A stretch of 64,000 nucleotides of DNA from an uncultured Gemmatimonadales bacterium (GTDB taxonomy: Bacteria > Gemmatimonadota > Gemmatimonadetes > Gemmatimonadales > GWC2-71-9), in the NCBI GenBank assembly GCA_963771275.1, contig CAVYSW010000010.1, positions 416,001 to 480,000 on the forward strand. The letters run 5' to 3'. Shown here piece by piece: positions 17,548-29,545 of the stretch (the first letter of the stretch is position 1; each line of letters begins with the position of its first letter). Below the pieces are notes generated by a model. The model did no database searches and had not been told where the DNA came from. It saw nothing but the letters and a program-made list of their open reading frames with translations. Both the position numbers and the translations under genes were made by a program.

Positions 17548-18453
17548 ATGTACCGGCATCTCCTGGTCCCGCTCGACGGCTCCCGCCTCGCCGAATCGGT
17601 GCTGCCCCTCGCGGCGTCGCTCGCGCGCGGCTTCGGGGCGGCCGTCACGCTGCTGCACGTCATCGAGCGGGGACCGCCCGCCCACGTGCACGGCGATCGC
17701 CACCTGACCGATCGGGCCGAGGCCGAGACGTATCTCGACGACCTCGCGCGGCGGTTCTTCCCGGCGGGGGGCGCCGCGACCCACCACGTCCACGGGGAGG
17801 TCGAAGCCGACGTGCCGGGCAGCATCGTGCGCCATGCCCGCGAGCTCGGGGCCGATCTCATCGTGATGTGCACGCACGGCCGCGGGCGGCTGCGCCACCA
17901 GCTGTTCGGGGGGATCGCTCAGCGGGTGCTGGCGGGCGGCACGGTGCCGGTCCTGCTCGTGCCGCCGGTGGAGGGGCCGGCGTGGGAGTTCTCCTGCCGC
18001 CGTGTGCTCGTGCCGCTGGATGGGCGCCCGGAGCACGCGCAGGGCCTGCCGGTCGGCATCGCCTTTGCCCGCGCCTGCGCCGCCGCCGTCCATGTGCTGT
18101 GGGTGGTACCGACCTTCGGCCGCCTCTCGGGGGAGCAGGCGGCAGCGGGCCACTTGCTGCCGGGGACCGTTTCGGCGCTCCTGGAAATCGAGCAGGAGGA
18201 AGCCGAGCGCCAGGTGCGGCAGCAGCTTGCCACTCTCGCGGCGAACGACGTGCCCACCGTCGTCGAGGTGGAGCGGGGTGACCCGTCCGGGGCGATCATG
18301 GCAACCGCCACCCGGATCGGGGCGGACCTCATCGTGATCGGGACGCACGGTCGGGCGGGGATGGACGCGTTTTGGGCCGGCTCCGTGGCCCCGCATATCG
18401 CGCTCCGTGCCGCGTGGCCGCTCCTGCTGGTGCCGCTCGAGGTCGCGCCGTGA
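17548..18453 (+). CDS. Tandem universal stress protein
   Basis: Two USP domains: LVPLDGS...ADLIVMCTHGRG and LVPLDG...ADLIVIGTHGRAG. Confidence 0.92.
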   Translation: MYRHLLVPLDGSRLAESVLPLAASLARGFGAAVTLLHVIERGPPAHVHGDRHLTDRAEAETYLDDLARRFFPAGGAATHHVHGEVEADVPGSIVRHARELGADLIVMCTHGRGRLRHQLFGGIAQRVLAGGTVPVLLVPPVEGPAWEFSCRRVLVPLDGRPEHAQGLPVGIAFARACAAAVHVLWVVPTFGRLSGEQAAAGHLLPGTVSALLEIEQEEAERQVRQQLATLAANDVPTVVEVERGDPSGAIMATATRIGADLIVIGTHGRAGMDAFWAGSVAPHIALRAAWPLLLVPLEVAP

Positions 18454-18509
18454 CGGTGCCGGCGCGGTCCGCCTTCTCAGCGGGTCGTGCGGGCGCCTAG
18501 ATTCCACCC

Positions 18510-18989
18510 ATGGCCAACCGCGTCGGTTTCGGCTACGACTCCCATACGTTCGGCGCCAACCGGCCGCTCAAGCTGGCTGGGGTCGAGATCCCGCACACGA
18601 CGGGCCTCAAGGGACATTCGGACGGCGACGCCGTGACCCACGCCGTCACCGATGCGCTGCTCGGCGCAGCGGCACTCGGCGACATCGGCCGGCTGTTCCC
18701 GGACAGCGACCCCCGTTGGAAGGATGCGGACTCGCTGCAGTTCCTCGTGGACGTCCGCGATCGCGTGGCCCGGGCGGGCTTCCGGATCGTGAACGTCGAC
18801 GCCACCGTGGTGACGCAGCACCCGCGTCTCGCGCCCCATGCCGCGGCCATGTGCGAGCGGCTGGCGGCGGTGCTGCAGATTCCGGTCGGGGCGGTCTCGG
18901 TCAAGGCCAAGACTAACGAGGGCATGGACGCCGTGGGCCGGGGAGAAGGACTGCTCGTGTTCGCCGTCGCATCGCTCGCCGGGACCTAG
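18510..18989 (+). CDS. ispF: 2-C-methyl-D-erythritol 2,4-cyclodiphosphate synthase
   Basis: RVGFGYDSH, GHSDGD, GDIG..FP and VKAKTNE motifs. Confidence 0.96.
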   Translation: MANRVGFGYDSHTFGANRPLKLAGVEIPHTTGLKGHSDGDAVTHAVTDALLGAAALGDIGRLFPDSDPRWKDADSLQFLVDVRDRVARAGFRIVNVDATVVTQHPRLAPHAAAMCERLAAVLQIPVGAVSVKAKTNEGMDAVGRGEGLLVFAVASLAGT

Positions 18990-18992
18990 GCT

Positions 18993-19616
18993 CTGCTCGA
19001 CGACCTCATCACGACGCTGCTGGCCCTGCCGCCGGCGGCCGTCTACGCGGTGGTCGGCGCTTTGGCCGCCGTCGAAAACGTGTTCCCCCCCGTGCCGGCG
19101 GACACGGCTGTGGCGTTGGGGGCGTTCCTGTCGGCGGGGGGCGTGATTTCCGCGTGGTCGATCTTCCTGGTCACGTGGGTGGCGAACGTGAGCTCGGCAA
19201 CGGCCGTATACGTCGCGGCGCGCACCATCGGTCGCGCGTTCTTTCGCGGGCGCACCGGCGGGCGCCTGGTCCGGCCCGCCGCTCTCGCGCGCATCGAGCG
19301 TCTCTACGAGCGCCACGGCGTCTGGGCGATCTTTCTCAGCCGCTTCATACCGGGGGTCCGGGCGGTGGTGCCCCCGTTCGCCGGGGTCGCCGGGCTCGGG
19401 GCGGTCCGCGCGCTCGTACCGGTGGCGCTCGCGTCGGGCCTGTGGTACGGCGCCCTCACGTTCGTGGCGGCCCTGACGATTCGCAACGCGGGTCAGATCG
19501 GCGCCTTCATCACCGGGCTCAGTCGGGTGGTGCTCGTCGGGGCGACGGTGGCGCTCGTGGTCGCGGGCAGCGTTCTGCTGGCGCGACGGCGCGCGCGCTC
19601 GGGCGGCCGGCCGTGA
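18993..19616 (+). CDS. DedA family membrane protein (start uncertain; CTG at 18993 or GTG at 19050)
   Basis: ENVFPPVPAD and SRFIPGVR DedA motifs. Confidence 0.85.
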   Translation: MLDDLITTLLALPPAAVYAVVGALAAVENVFPPVPADTAVALGAFLSAGGVISAWSIFLVTWVANVSSATAVYVAARTIGRAFFRGRTGGRLVRPAALARIERLYERHGVWAIFLSRFIPGVRAVVPPFAGVAGLGAVRALVPVALASGLWYGALTFVAALTIRNAGQIGAFITGLSRVVLVGATVALVVAGSVLLARRRARSGGRP

Positions 19617-20521
19617 ACGACGAGGAGCTGCAGCGGGCCTTCTGGCTTGAGGGGTTCACCGACTACCTGGCGCTCGAAGTGGGGTCCAGCCCACACACCG
19701 TCGAGGCGTATCTGCGGGACGTGCGGCGCCTCGCCGAGTACGCCGTTGCCTGCCGCGCGCCGCGTCCGGATGCCGTGACGCCCCGTCTCGTTCGCGACTT
19801 CGTGTACCACCTGAAGGACCTCGGGCTCGCGCCGTCAAGCATCCGCCGCGAGATCTCGGCGACCCGCACGTACTATCGTTTCCTCGTGGACGAAGGGCAC
19901 GTGGCGGTCGATCCCAGCGAGAAGCTGGAAACGCCGAAGGGCTGGCGCACGCTGCCGGAGGTGCTCACGGTGCCCGAGATGGAGGCGCTGCTCGGAGCCC
20001 CGAGTCCCGACGAGCCGCTCGCCTGGCGCGACCGGGCGCTGCTCGAGCTCGGCTACGGGACCGGCGCGCGCGTCTCGGAGCTGTGCGGCCTGGCCGTCCA
20101 CGATGTGGCGTTCGACGAGGCGCTGGTCCGGCTGTTCGGCAAGGGCGCCAAGGAACGACTCGTGCCGATCGGCCGACGCGCCCTGGGGGCCGTCGCGGTC
20201 TACCTGCGCGAGATCCGGCCGGGACTGGACGGCGGTCACGGACGCGGCATCCTCCTGCTCAACGCGCGCGGCCGGCCCCTGACGCGGGTCGGCGTTTGGG
20301 GCATCATCAAGAAGGCCACCACGCGCGCGGGGATCACCAAGCGGGTCACCCCGCATACCCTGCGACACTCGTTTGCCACGCACCTGCTCGAAGGCGGGGC
20401 CGATCTCCGCGCCGTCCAGGAGATGCTGGGACACGCCGACCTGTCCACCACGCAGATCTACACGCACGTGGATCGCGAGTACCTCCGGTCGGTGCACAAG
20501 GCCTTCCACCCGAGAGCGTAG
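19613..20521 (+). CDS. xerD: Tyrosine recombinase XerD
   Basis: RDRALLEL..TGARVSE, GKGAKER and HTLRHSFATHLL.GGADLR.VQEMLGH...TTQIYTHV. Confidence 0.9.
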   Translation: MNDEELQRAFWLEGFTDYLALEVGSSPHTVEAYLRDVRRLAEYAVACRAPRPDAVTPRLVRDFVYHLKDLGLAPSSIRREISATRTYYRFLVDEGHVAVDPSEKLETPKGWRTLPEVLTVPEMEALLGAPSPDEPLAWRDRALLELGYGTGARVSELCGLAVHDVAFDEALVRLFGKGAKERLVPIGRRALGAVAVYLREIRPGLDGGHGRGILLLNARGRPLTRVGVWGIIKKATTRAGITKRVTPHTLRHSFATHLLEGGADLRAVQEMLGHADLSTTQIYTHVDREYLRSVHKAFHPRA

Positions 20522-20528
20522 CGCGGCC

Positions 20529-21128
20529 ATGATCTTCGTGCTCGACAACTACGATTCGTTCACGTACAACCTCGTGCAGTACCTCGGGGAGCTCGGGGCC
20601 GAGTCCGTCGTGCGGCGCAACGACGAGATCACTGTGGATGAGGTCGCCGCGCTGGCCCCGGACGCCATCGTGATCTCCCCGGGACCCGGCCGGCCCCGTG
20701 ATGCGGGCATCAGCCTGGCCCTGATCCGCCAGTTCGTCCGCCGGCGCCCACTCCTCGGAGTGTGCCTCGGCCACCAGGCCATCGGCGAGGCATTTGGCGG
20801 ACGGATCGTGCCGGCGGCTCGCCTGATGCACGGCAAGACGTCACCCATCGCCCATACGGGAGCCGGCGTGCTCGCGGGGCTGCCGGATCCGTTCGAGGCG
20901 ATGCGCTACCATTCCCTGGTCATCGAGCCCGCCTCGCTGCCCCCAGACCTCGAGGTCACGGCGTGGTCCGCCGACCGCCCCCGCGGGACGGAGATCATGG
21001 GGGTGCGGCACCGCGACGCGCCGATGTTCGGCGTGCAGTTCCACCCCGAGTCGGTCGGGACCGCCGTGGGGCTGCGAATTCTCGAGAACTTCCTCGCGAC
21101 CCTCGACGGCGCTCGGGGCACCCCGTGA
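20529..21128 (+). CDS. Anthranilate/aminodeoxychorismate synthase glutamine amidotransferase subunit (TrpG/PabA)
   Basis: DNYDSFTYNL, SPGPG, GVCLGHQ, RYHSL and QFHPES motifs. Confidence 0.93.
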   Translation: MIFVLDNYDSFTYNLVQYLGELGAESVVRRNDEITVDEVAALAPDAIVISPGPGRPRDAGISLALIRQFVRRRPLLGVCLGHQAIGEAFGGRIVPAARLMHGKTSPIAHTGAGVLAGLPDPFEAMRYHSLVIEPASLPPDLEVTAWSADRPRGTEIMGVRHRDAPMFGVQFHPESVGTAVGLRILENFLATLDGARGTP

Positions 21129-21269
21129 CATGAGGAAAGCGGCCGAAACCGCGCGAGTCATCGCGGTTCGCGCCGTTGCGACGTTGCTTGCCCTATCGCC
21201 ATTACGATAAACGACTTACCGCATTGGCCCGGATTTTGACACCGGCATCAACCACTGTTAGTTTCTGCC

Positions 21270-23626
<2,357 letters not shown>

Positions 23627-23627
23627 C

Positions 23628-24434
23628 GTGTGGACCCCGGCCCCGGTGCTCGTGGCGGGCCCGTGCGTGCTCGAGGACGACGCGGTGAATCTCCGGGTCG
23701 CGGAACGGCTCGCCACCCTGGCCGTGCGGCTCGGCCTGCGGGTGGTGTACAAGGCCAGCTATGCCAAGGCCAACCGCACGCGCGGCGCGGCATCGCGCGG
23801 ACCGGGGCTGGAGCTCGGCCTCGCGCGCCTCGCCCGCGTGCGTGAGGAGACCGGACTGCCAGTGCTCACCGACGTCCACGAGACGGGCGAGGTCGCCGCC
23901 GCGGCGCAGGTCGTGGACGCGCTCCAGATCCCGGCCTTCCTCTGCCGTCAAACGCCGCTGCTGGAAGCGGCGGGACGGACGGGCAAGCCGGTGAACGTGA
24001 AGAAGGGACAATGGATGGCGCCGGAGGAGATGACGGGCGCGGTCGAGAAGGTGCGCGCGGGCGGCGGCGGCCCCGTCGCGGTGACCGAGCGCGGCACGTT
24101 TTTCGGCTACGGCGACCTCGTGGTCGACATGCGGAACTTCGCGCGGCTGCGGGCGGCCACGGGCGCGGCCGTGCTGTTCGACGCGACCCACGCCGTCCAG
24201 CGGCCGGGCCGCGGCCCCGGCGGCGGCTCCGGCGGGAGCCGGGAGCACGTCGCGGCCCTGCTCGCGGCCGCCGCGGCCGCTGGGGCGGACGGCTTCTTCC
24301 TCGAGACCCACCCGGCCCCCGAAAACGCGCCGAGCGATGCCGCCACGATGTGGCCGCTGGGCGAGTTGGGCCCGCTGATCGAGCGGGCGCTCGCGGTGTG
24401 GCACGCGGTGCGGGAGGGGACGGTCCGTGCTTGA
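23628..24434 (+). CDS. kdsA: Kdo-8-phosphate synthase
   Basis: AGPCVLE, KANRT, IPAFLCRQT, NVKKGQ and FDATHAVQ motifs. Confidence 0.93.
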   Translation: MWTPAPVLVAGPCVLEDDAVNLRVAERLATLAVRLGLRVVYKASYAKANRTRGAASRGPGLELGLARLARVREETGLPVLTDVHETGEVAAAAQVVDALQIPAFLCRQTPLLEAAGRTGKPVNVKKGQWMAPEEMTGAVEKVRAGGGGPVAVTERGTFFGYGDLVVDMRNFARLRAATGAAVLFDATHAVQRPGRGPGGGSGGSREHVAALLAAAAAAGADGFFLETHPAPENAPSDAATMWPLGELGPLIERALAVWHAVREGTVRA

Positions 24435-25005
24435 CGGGCTGACGGCGCGCCGCATCCGGCTGATCGGCCTGGACGTCGACGGGGTCCTCACCGACAACGG
24501 CGTGTACGTCGGGATGGTGCACAATCAGCCCACGGAGCTGAAGCGGTTCGACATCCAGGACGGCATCGGCATCGCCCTGCTCAAGCTCGCGGGCCTCATG
24601 GTCGTGATCGTGAGCGGGCGGACCTCTGAGGCCAGCGTGATCCGGGCCGAGGAGCTGGGTGTGGAAGCGTTCGCGCAGGACGACCGCGCCCACAAGCTCC
24701 CCGCCTTCGCGGCCATGCTCGACCGGTTCTCCGTGGGCTGGGACGAGGCGGCGTTCGTGGGCGACGACCTGCCGGATGTGCCGTTGCTGACCCGGGTGGG
24801 GCTCCCGGTGGGCGTCGCGAATGCCACCGCCGACGTCAAGGCGGTGGCGCGATACGTCACGGCGGCCCAGGGTGGTCATGGAGCGGTGCGCGAGTTTGCC
24901 GAGACGTTCCTCCGGGCGCGCGCGCAGTGGGAACCCACGGTGCAGGCCTACCTCGCCGAGCGTGGCGACGGCGCCTGGAAGCCGACCGATGCACCGGCGC
25001 AGTGA
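24427..25005 (+). CDS. kdsC: Kdo-8-phosphate phosphatase (HAD family)
   Basis: DVDGVLTD, GDDLPD and GGHGAVRE motifs. Confidence 0.92.
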   Translation: MLDGLTARRIRLIGLDVDGVLTDNGVYVGMVHNQPTELKRFDIQDGIGIALLKLAGLMVVIVSGRTSEASVIRAEELGVEAFAQDDRAHKLPAFAAMLDRFSVGWDEAAFVGDDLPDVPLLTRVGLPVGVANATADVKAVARYVTAAQGGHGAVREFAETFLRARAQWEPTVQAYLAERGDGAWKPTDAPAQ

Positions 25006-25540
25006 CGTCGTGGTGGGGGCGCTCGCGGCGCTCGTTTGGCTCGCGGCGGCCTGCTCCCGCGCCGAGCAGCCGCCGACCACGGTCACCGAGGCCGACTCGG
25101 CGGACCAGATCGGGTACGGCGTGACGCACTATCTCACAGGGATCGACGGCATCCGCCGCATGCGGCTCCAGGCGGACTCCGCCTATGCGTACTTCAACGC
25201 GCAGCGCTATCGGCTCTTCGGGCTGCGGGTCACGTTCTACTCGCCCGACGGCAGGGAGACGTCGACGCTGACGGCGCTGGGAGGTACGTACGATTGGCGC
25301 ACGGGCGACATGGAAGCCCGCGGGGACGTCGTCGCGGTGAGCCCGGACAACCGCAAGCTCACGACGTCGGTGTTGCGCTACGATCGCCGGACGGACCAGA
25401 TCAGCGGTCCCGAGCCGTTCGTATGGATCACGCCGGAGCAGCGGGTGGAGGGCGACGCCTTCACCAGCGACCCGGACCTGCGCAACGTTCAGACGACGCG
25501 GGCACGCGGCGCCGTCGGTCGCGTGCAGGTGGATCGATGA
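24989..25540 (+). CDS. lptC: LPS export protein LptC
   Basis: N-terminal hydrophobic/lipoprotein-like signal then beta-jellyroll-like strands; position after kdsC. Confidence 0.8.
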   Translation: MHRRSDVVVGALAALVWLAAACSRAEQPPTTVTEADSADQIGYGVTHYLTGIDGIRRMRLQADSAYAYFNAQRYRLFGLRVTFYSPDGRETSTLTALGGTYDWRTGDMEARGDVVAVSPDNRKLTTSVLRYDRRTDQISGPEPFVWITPEQRVEGDAFTSDPDLRNVQTTRARGAVGRVQVDR

Positions 25541-26832
25541 AGGCCCGCCCGGGACGGTGCGCAGCGGCCGCGCGCGTTGCCCTGGTGGCGGCCGGCTTCA
25601 GCGCGGGCCTTGCGCGGGTCGGTGCCACCCAGACGGCCCGGACCTGCTTCGTCGAGGTGGACAGCACGGGCGGCGTGGGACGCCAGGTGGACGTCGGTGG
25701 AGGGTTCGTCCGCTGGTTTCAGGGCGGCGGCTTCTGGGCGCATTGCCGCGGCCAGGACACGTTCTGGTATTCCGACAGCGTGGCGTGGTATCAGGACTTC
25801 GACCGGTTCGACATGATCGGCCGGGTGGACTTTCGGGACTCGACGGCGCAGCTCCAGTCGGATCGGGCGAGCTACTACCTCCGGGACGAGCGGCTGGAGG
25901 CGATGGGAGACGCGCGCCTCCGCAATCGGATCACCGGCTCGCTGCTGCGAGGCCCGCAGATCACCTACCTGCGACGCGTGCCGGGGCTGCGGGACGTGAC
26001 CGATCTCACGGCCTGCTCGCGACCGACGGTCGAGTATCGCTCGGAGCGGGACTCCGCGGGCACGGAGCCCTACCGGATTGTCGGGGATTGCGTGGCGCTG
26101 CATGGCGACAACTCGGCGACCGCCCGCGGCCGGGTGACCATCGACCGGACGACCTTCCACGGGGTGGCCGACAGCGCGACGCTGGATACCCAGGCCGAAA
26201 CCGGCCGGTTGATGAGTCACGCCCGGGTGGCGGGCGGCGACTCCGCGGGCTACGCGCTCACCGGCCACGACATCCGGTATCGCCTCTCCGCGCGACAGCT
26301 CACCTGGGTCCAGGCGGAAGGGAACGGCGCGGCGACCAGCGCCGAGTGGCGGGTGCGTGCCGATACGCTGCAGTTCGACGTTCGGGACGATCGCATCCAG
26401 GCCGGGGTCGCGTGGGGCGACTCCACGCGGCCGAGCGCGACGTCGGTCACGAACACGATCACCGCGGACTCGCTCGTGATCGATGCGCCGGGACAGACAC
26501 TGCGGGAAGTTCGCGGCATCGGCGACGCCCGCGCGGCCTCACGCACCGACTCGCTCGATGCCGGCGAAGACTGGGTGGCCGGCGACACGGTGACGGCCCG
26601 CTTTGGCGAAACAGCGGCCGGCAAGCGCGCGCTCGTCGAGATCGTGGCGGTGGGCGCGGCGCGGGCGCACTATCGGGTGTACCCGGCCACCGACCCGCTC
26701 GGGCCGCCGGACATCTCGTATTCGCGCGGGACGCGCATCGTCGCGCGGTTCGTCGAGGAGAAGCTGGCGCGCGTGGATGTCGCCGGGAAGACGGACGGCG
26801 TGTACCTCGAATCCCGCCGGAGACGCCCGTGA
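25537..26832 (+). CDS. Long LptA/OstA-like periplasmic LPS transport protein
   Basis: Signal peptide; repeated ADS/GD beta-jellyroll segments; lies between lptC and lptB. Confidence 0.7.
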   Translation: MKARPGRCAAAARVALVAAGFSAGLARVGATQTARTCFVEVDSTGGVGRQVDVGGGFVRWFQGGGFWAHCRGQDTFWYSDSVAWYQDFDRFDMIGRVDFRDSTAQLQSDRASYYLRDERLEAMGDARLRNRITGSLLRGPQITYLRRVPGLRDVTDLTACSRPTVEYRSERDSAGTEPYRIVGDCVALHGDNSATARGRVTIDRTTFHGVADSATLDTQAETGRLMSHARVAGGDSAGYALTGHDIRYRLSARQLTWVQAEGNGAATSAEWRVRADTLQFDVRDDRIQAGVAWGDSTRPSATSVTNTITADSLVIDAPGQTLREVRGIGDARAASRTDSLDAGEDWVAGDTVTARFGETAAGKRALVEIVAVGAARAHYRVYPATDPLGPPDISYSRGTRIVARFVEEKLARVDVAGKTDGVYLESRRRRP

Positions 26833-28007
26833 CCGACGTGATCGGCCTCCTCGGGCAAGATCGGAACCCGTCGCTGCCGCTCGCGATCGCCGCATTCCTC
26901 CGGGTGGCCGGGGCGGACGGCTCCGCCGCGTTCGACGCGCTCGCCGTGGCGTACCGCGAAGACCATCTGACGCAGGTCGGGAGTCTGGGCCACGGCGGCC
27001 AGGCGCGCGCCGGGACGATCTCGATGGACGAGGTGCGCCGCTTCCTCACGTCGTCGGTGCTGCCCCGGCTCGCCACCGACGGGCTGCTGCAGCTGCCCCC
27101 CCAGCCGCTCGAGGACGACACCCCGATCCGCATGACCCCCGCCTACTGGCAGGCGATGCTCGTGGACCGGGAGGCCATGCGCGCGCAGCTGATCGCGCTG
27201 GCCGCCGAGCGTCTCAGCGCGGCGGAGTCGGCGGGCGCCGCGCCGGCCCCGACGGGCTCCACGCTCGCAGGCCGGGGTCTCACCAAGGTCTACCGGCGCC
27301 GACCCGTCGTGGACGAGGTCGACGTCGCCCTCCGGCAGGGCGAGATCGTCGGCCTGCTCGGGCCGAACGGGGCGGGGAAGACCACGATCTTCTACATGAT
27401 CGTGGGCCTCATCCGCCCCGACGCCGGCCGCATCTACGTGGATGACGCCGACATCTCGACCCTCCCGATGTACCAGCGGGCGCGACGCGGGATCGGGTAC
27501 CTGGCGCAGGAACCGTCGGTGTTCCGGAAGCTCACCGTCGAGGAGAACGTGCTCGCGATCCTCGAGACGCTGCATCTGGCGCGCGTCGAGCGCGACGCGC
27601 GCCTCGAGACGCTGCTGGACGAGCTGTCGATCAAGCACCTGCGCGGCGAGAAGGCGTACAAGCTCTCCGGCGGCGAGCGCCGTCGGCTCGAGATCACGCG
27701 GGCGCTCGTCACCAGCCCCAAGTTCATGCTGCTCGACGAGCCGTTCGCCGGTGTCGACCCGATCGCGGTGCACGACATCCAGACCATCGTGGCGGACCTG
27801 CGGCGGCGCGGCATCGGCGTGCTGATCACCGATCACAACGTGGAGCAGACCCTCGACATCGTGGATCGGGCCTACATCATCTTCGAGGGACGCGTCCAGA
27901 TCGCGGGCACGGTGCGGGAGCTGGTGTTCGACAATCGCGTCGCCGACCTCTACCTCGGGCCGACGCTGACCGCGCGCCTGCGCACGCGCCTCGGAACCGC
28001 GGCATGA
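26829..28007 (+). CDS. lptB: LPS export ABC ATPase with N-terminal extension
   Basis: GPNGAGKTT, YLAQEPSVF, LSGGERRR, LDEPFAGVDP and ITDHNV; GTGA overlap at 26829. Confidence 0.92.
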   Translation: MTDVIGLLGQDRNPSLPLAIAAFLRVAGADGSAAFDALAVAYREDHLTQVGSLGHGGQARAGTISMDEVRRFLTSSVLPRLATDGLLQLPPQPLEDDTPIRMTPAYWQAMLVDREAMRAQLIALAAERLSAAESAGAAPAPTGSTLAGRGLTKVYRRRPVVDEVDVALRQGEIVGLLGPNGAGKTTIFYMIVGLIRPDAGRIYVDDADISTLPMYQRARRGIGYLAQEPSVFRKLTVEENVLAILETLHLARVERDARLETLLDELSIKHLRGEKAYKLSGGERRRLEITRALVTSPKFMLLDEPFAGVDPIAVHDIQTIVADLRRRGIGVLITDHNVEQTLDIVDRAYIIFEGRVQIAGTVRELVFDNRVADLYLGPTLTARLRTRLGTAA

Positions 28008-29545
28008 AGCCCTCGATGCAGCAGACGACGTCGCTGCGCCAGGAGCTGCGAATGAACCCGCGGCTCTATCAGGCGATGGACCTGCTGTACATGCCGCTGC
28101 TCGACCTGCAGCAGCACCTCAAGCAGGAGTTGCTGGTGAACCCGTTCCTCGAGCTGATCGAGCCCGAGGACGAGGCGCCGCTCGACGAGGTCCCCGACAC
28201 GGAGCGGGAGCGGGAGGAGGCCAAGAAGGAGGAGGAGACGAACTGGGAGGACATCATCCTCGACGGGTTCCAGGTGGGTGGGTCCGGGGCCCGCGACCTG
28301 AGCGGGTCCGACGAGATGTTCGAACGGGTGCCGGTGCAGAGCCGTGCGCTCACGGATCACCTGCACGACCAGCTCCTCATGCTCGAGCTCACCGACCGGC
28401 AGCGGCTGCTGGCGGATGAGTTCCTCGGCAACCTGGGTGACGATGGCTACCTCCACAGCACGCTCGAGGAGGTCGTGGCGGGAGCGAACACGTGGCTCGA
28501 TGGCCGGCGCGCGCCGGAACCGGAGGAAGGCGAGGAGGCGGACGACGCCGGAGAGGATGCCGCAGCGGCGCCGTCCGTCCCCGACCCCTCCTCCACCTCT
28601 GCCGCTCCTGGCGAGCCGGCGCCCTATACCCTCGCCGACGCCGAAGAGATGCTGCGCATCATCCAGCAGCTCGATCCCCCCGGCATCGGTGCGCGCGACC
28701 TGCGGGAATGCCTGTTGCTCCAGCTCGACGAGCTGGAGATGCGCGACACCCTGACCTACCGATTGGTGTTCGATGCCTTCGCCGACCTGATCGGCCATCG
28801 CTGGAGCGACATCGCCAAGCGCTTCGGGATCGACCCCAAGACGGTGCAGGACGCGGCCGACGAGCTGGCGAAGCTCGATCCCAAGCCGGGACTCCGGTAT
28901 CTGCCCTCCGACGATGAATACGTCGTCCCAGACCTCATCGTGGAGAAGATCGACGGTGTCTACCGGGTGTTCCTCAACGACGGGGGCATGCCCCGGCTGC
29001 GGATCAGCCGGGTCTACCAGGACCTCGCCGCCGACAAGAAGCAATTCACCGGGGAGACACGCGAGTTCATCACCGAGAAGCTGAATGGCGCGCAGTGGCT
29101 GATCCAGGCCATCGAGCAGCGCCGCCAGACGATGCTCAAGGTGATGCACTTCATCGTGGACCGGCAGCGCGAGTTCTTCGAGAAGGGCATCGAGTACCTC
29201 CGGCCCCTCACCCTCCGCGAGGTGGCGGAGGTGATCAGCATGCACGAGTCCACCGTGAGCCGGGTCACGAATCAGAAGTACGTGCAGACGCCGCGCGGTG
29301 TCTTCCCGCTCAAGTTCTTCTTCTCGAGCAGCCTGGAGACGACCTCCGGGGAGGACGCGAGCGCCCGATCGGTGCGGGCGCAGATCCAGAAGCTCGTGGC
29401 GGACGAGCAGGCCGGGCGGCCGCTCACCGACGCCGAAATCGTCGACGCGCTGCGGGATCGCGGCGTGCGGATCGCGCGCCGCACGGTGGCCAAGTACCGC
29501 GACCAGCTCGGGATTCTGCCTGCCCGGATGCGGAAGCGCCTATGA
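28004..29545 (+). CDS. rpoN: RNA polymerase sigma-54 factor
   Basis: Gln/Leu-rich region I, HESTVSR and RpoN box ARRTVAKYR. Confidence 0.97.
   Translation: MKPSMQQTTSLRQELRMNPRLYQAMDLLYMPLLDLQQHLKQELLVNPFLELIEPEDEAPLDEVPDTEREREEAKKEEETNWEDIILDGFQVGGSGARDLSGSDEMFERVPVQSRALTDHLHDQLLMLELTDRQRLLADEFLGNLGDDGYLHSTLEEVVAGANTWLDGRRAPEPEEGEEADDAGEDAAAAPSVPDPSSTSAAPGEPAPYTLADAEEMLRIIQQLDPPGIGARDLRECLLLQLDELEMRDTLTYRLVFDAFADLIGHRWSDIAKRFGIDPKTVQDAADELAKLDPKPGLRYLPSDDEYVVPDLIVEKIDGVYRVFLNDGGMPRLRISRVYQDLAADKKQFTGETREFITEKLNGAQWLIQAIEQRRQTMLKVMHFIVDRQREFFEKGIEYLRPLTLREVAEVISMHESTVSRVTNQKYVQTPRGVFPLKFFFSSSLETTSGEDASARSVRAQIQKLVADEQAGRPLTDAEIVDALRDRGVRIARRTVAKYRDQLGILPARMRKRL

Noticed and set aside
19613..20521. 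Tyrosine recombinase as a prophage or island integrase
   Set aside because: Motifs and operon context match housekeeping XerD; no att repeats or cargo genes.
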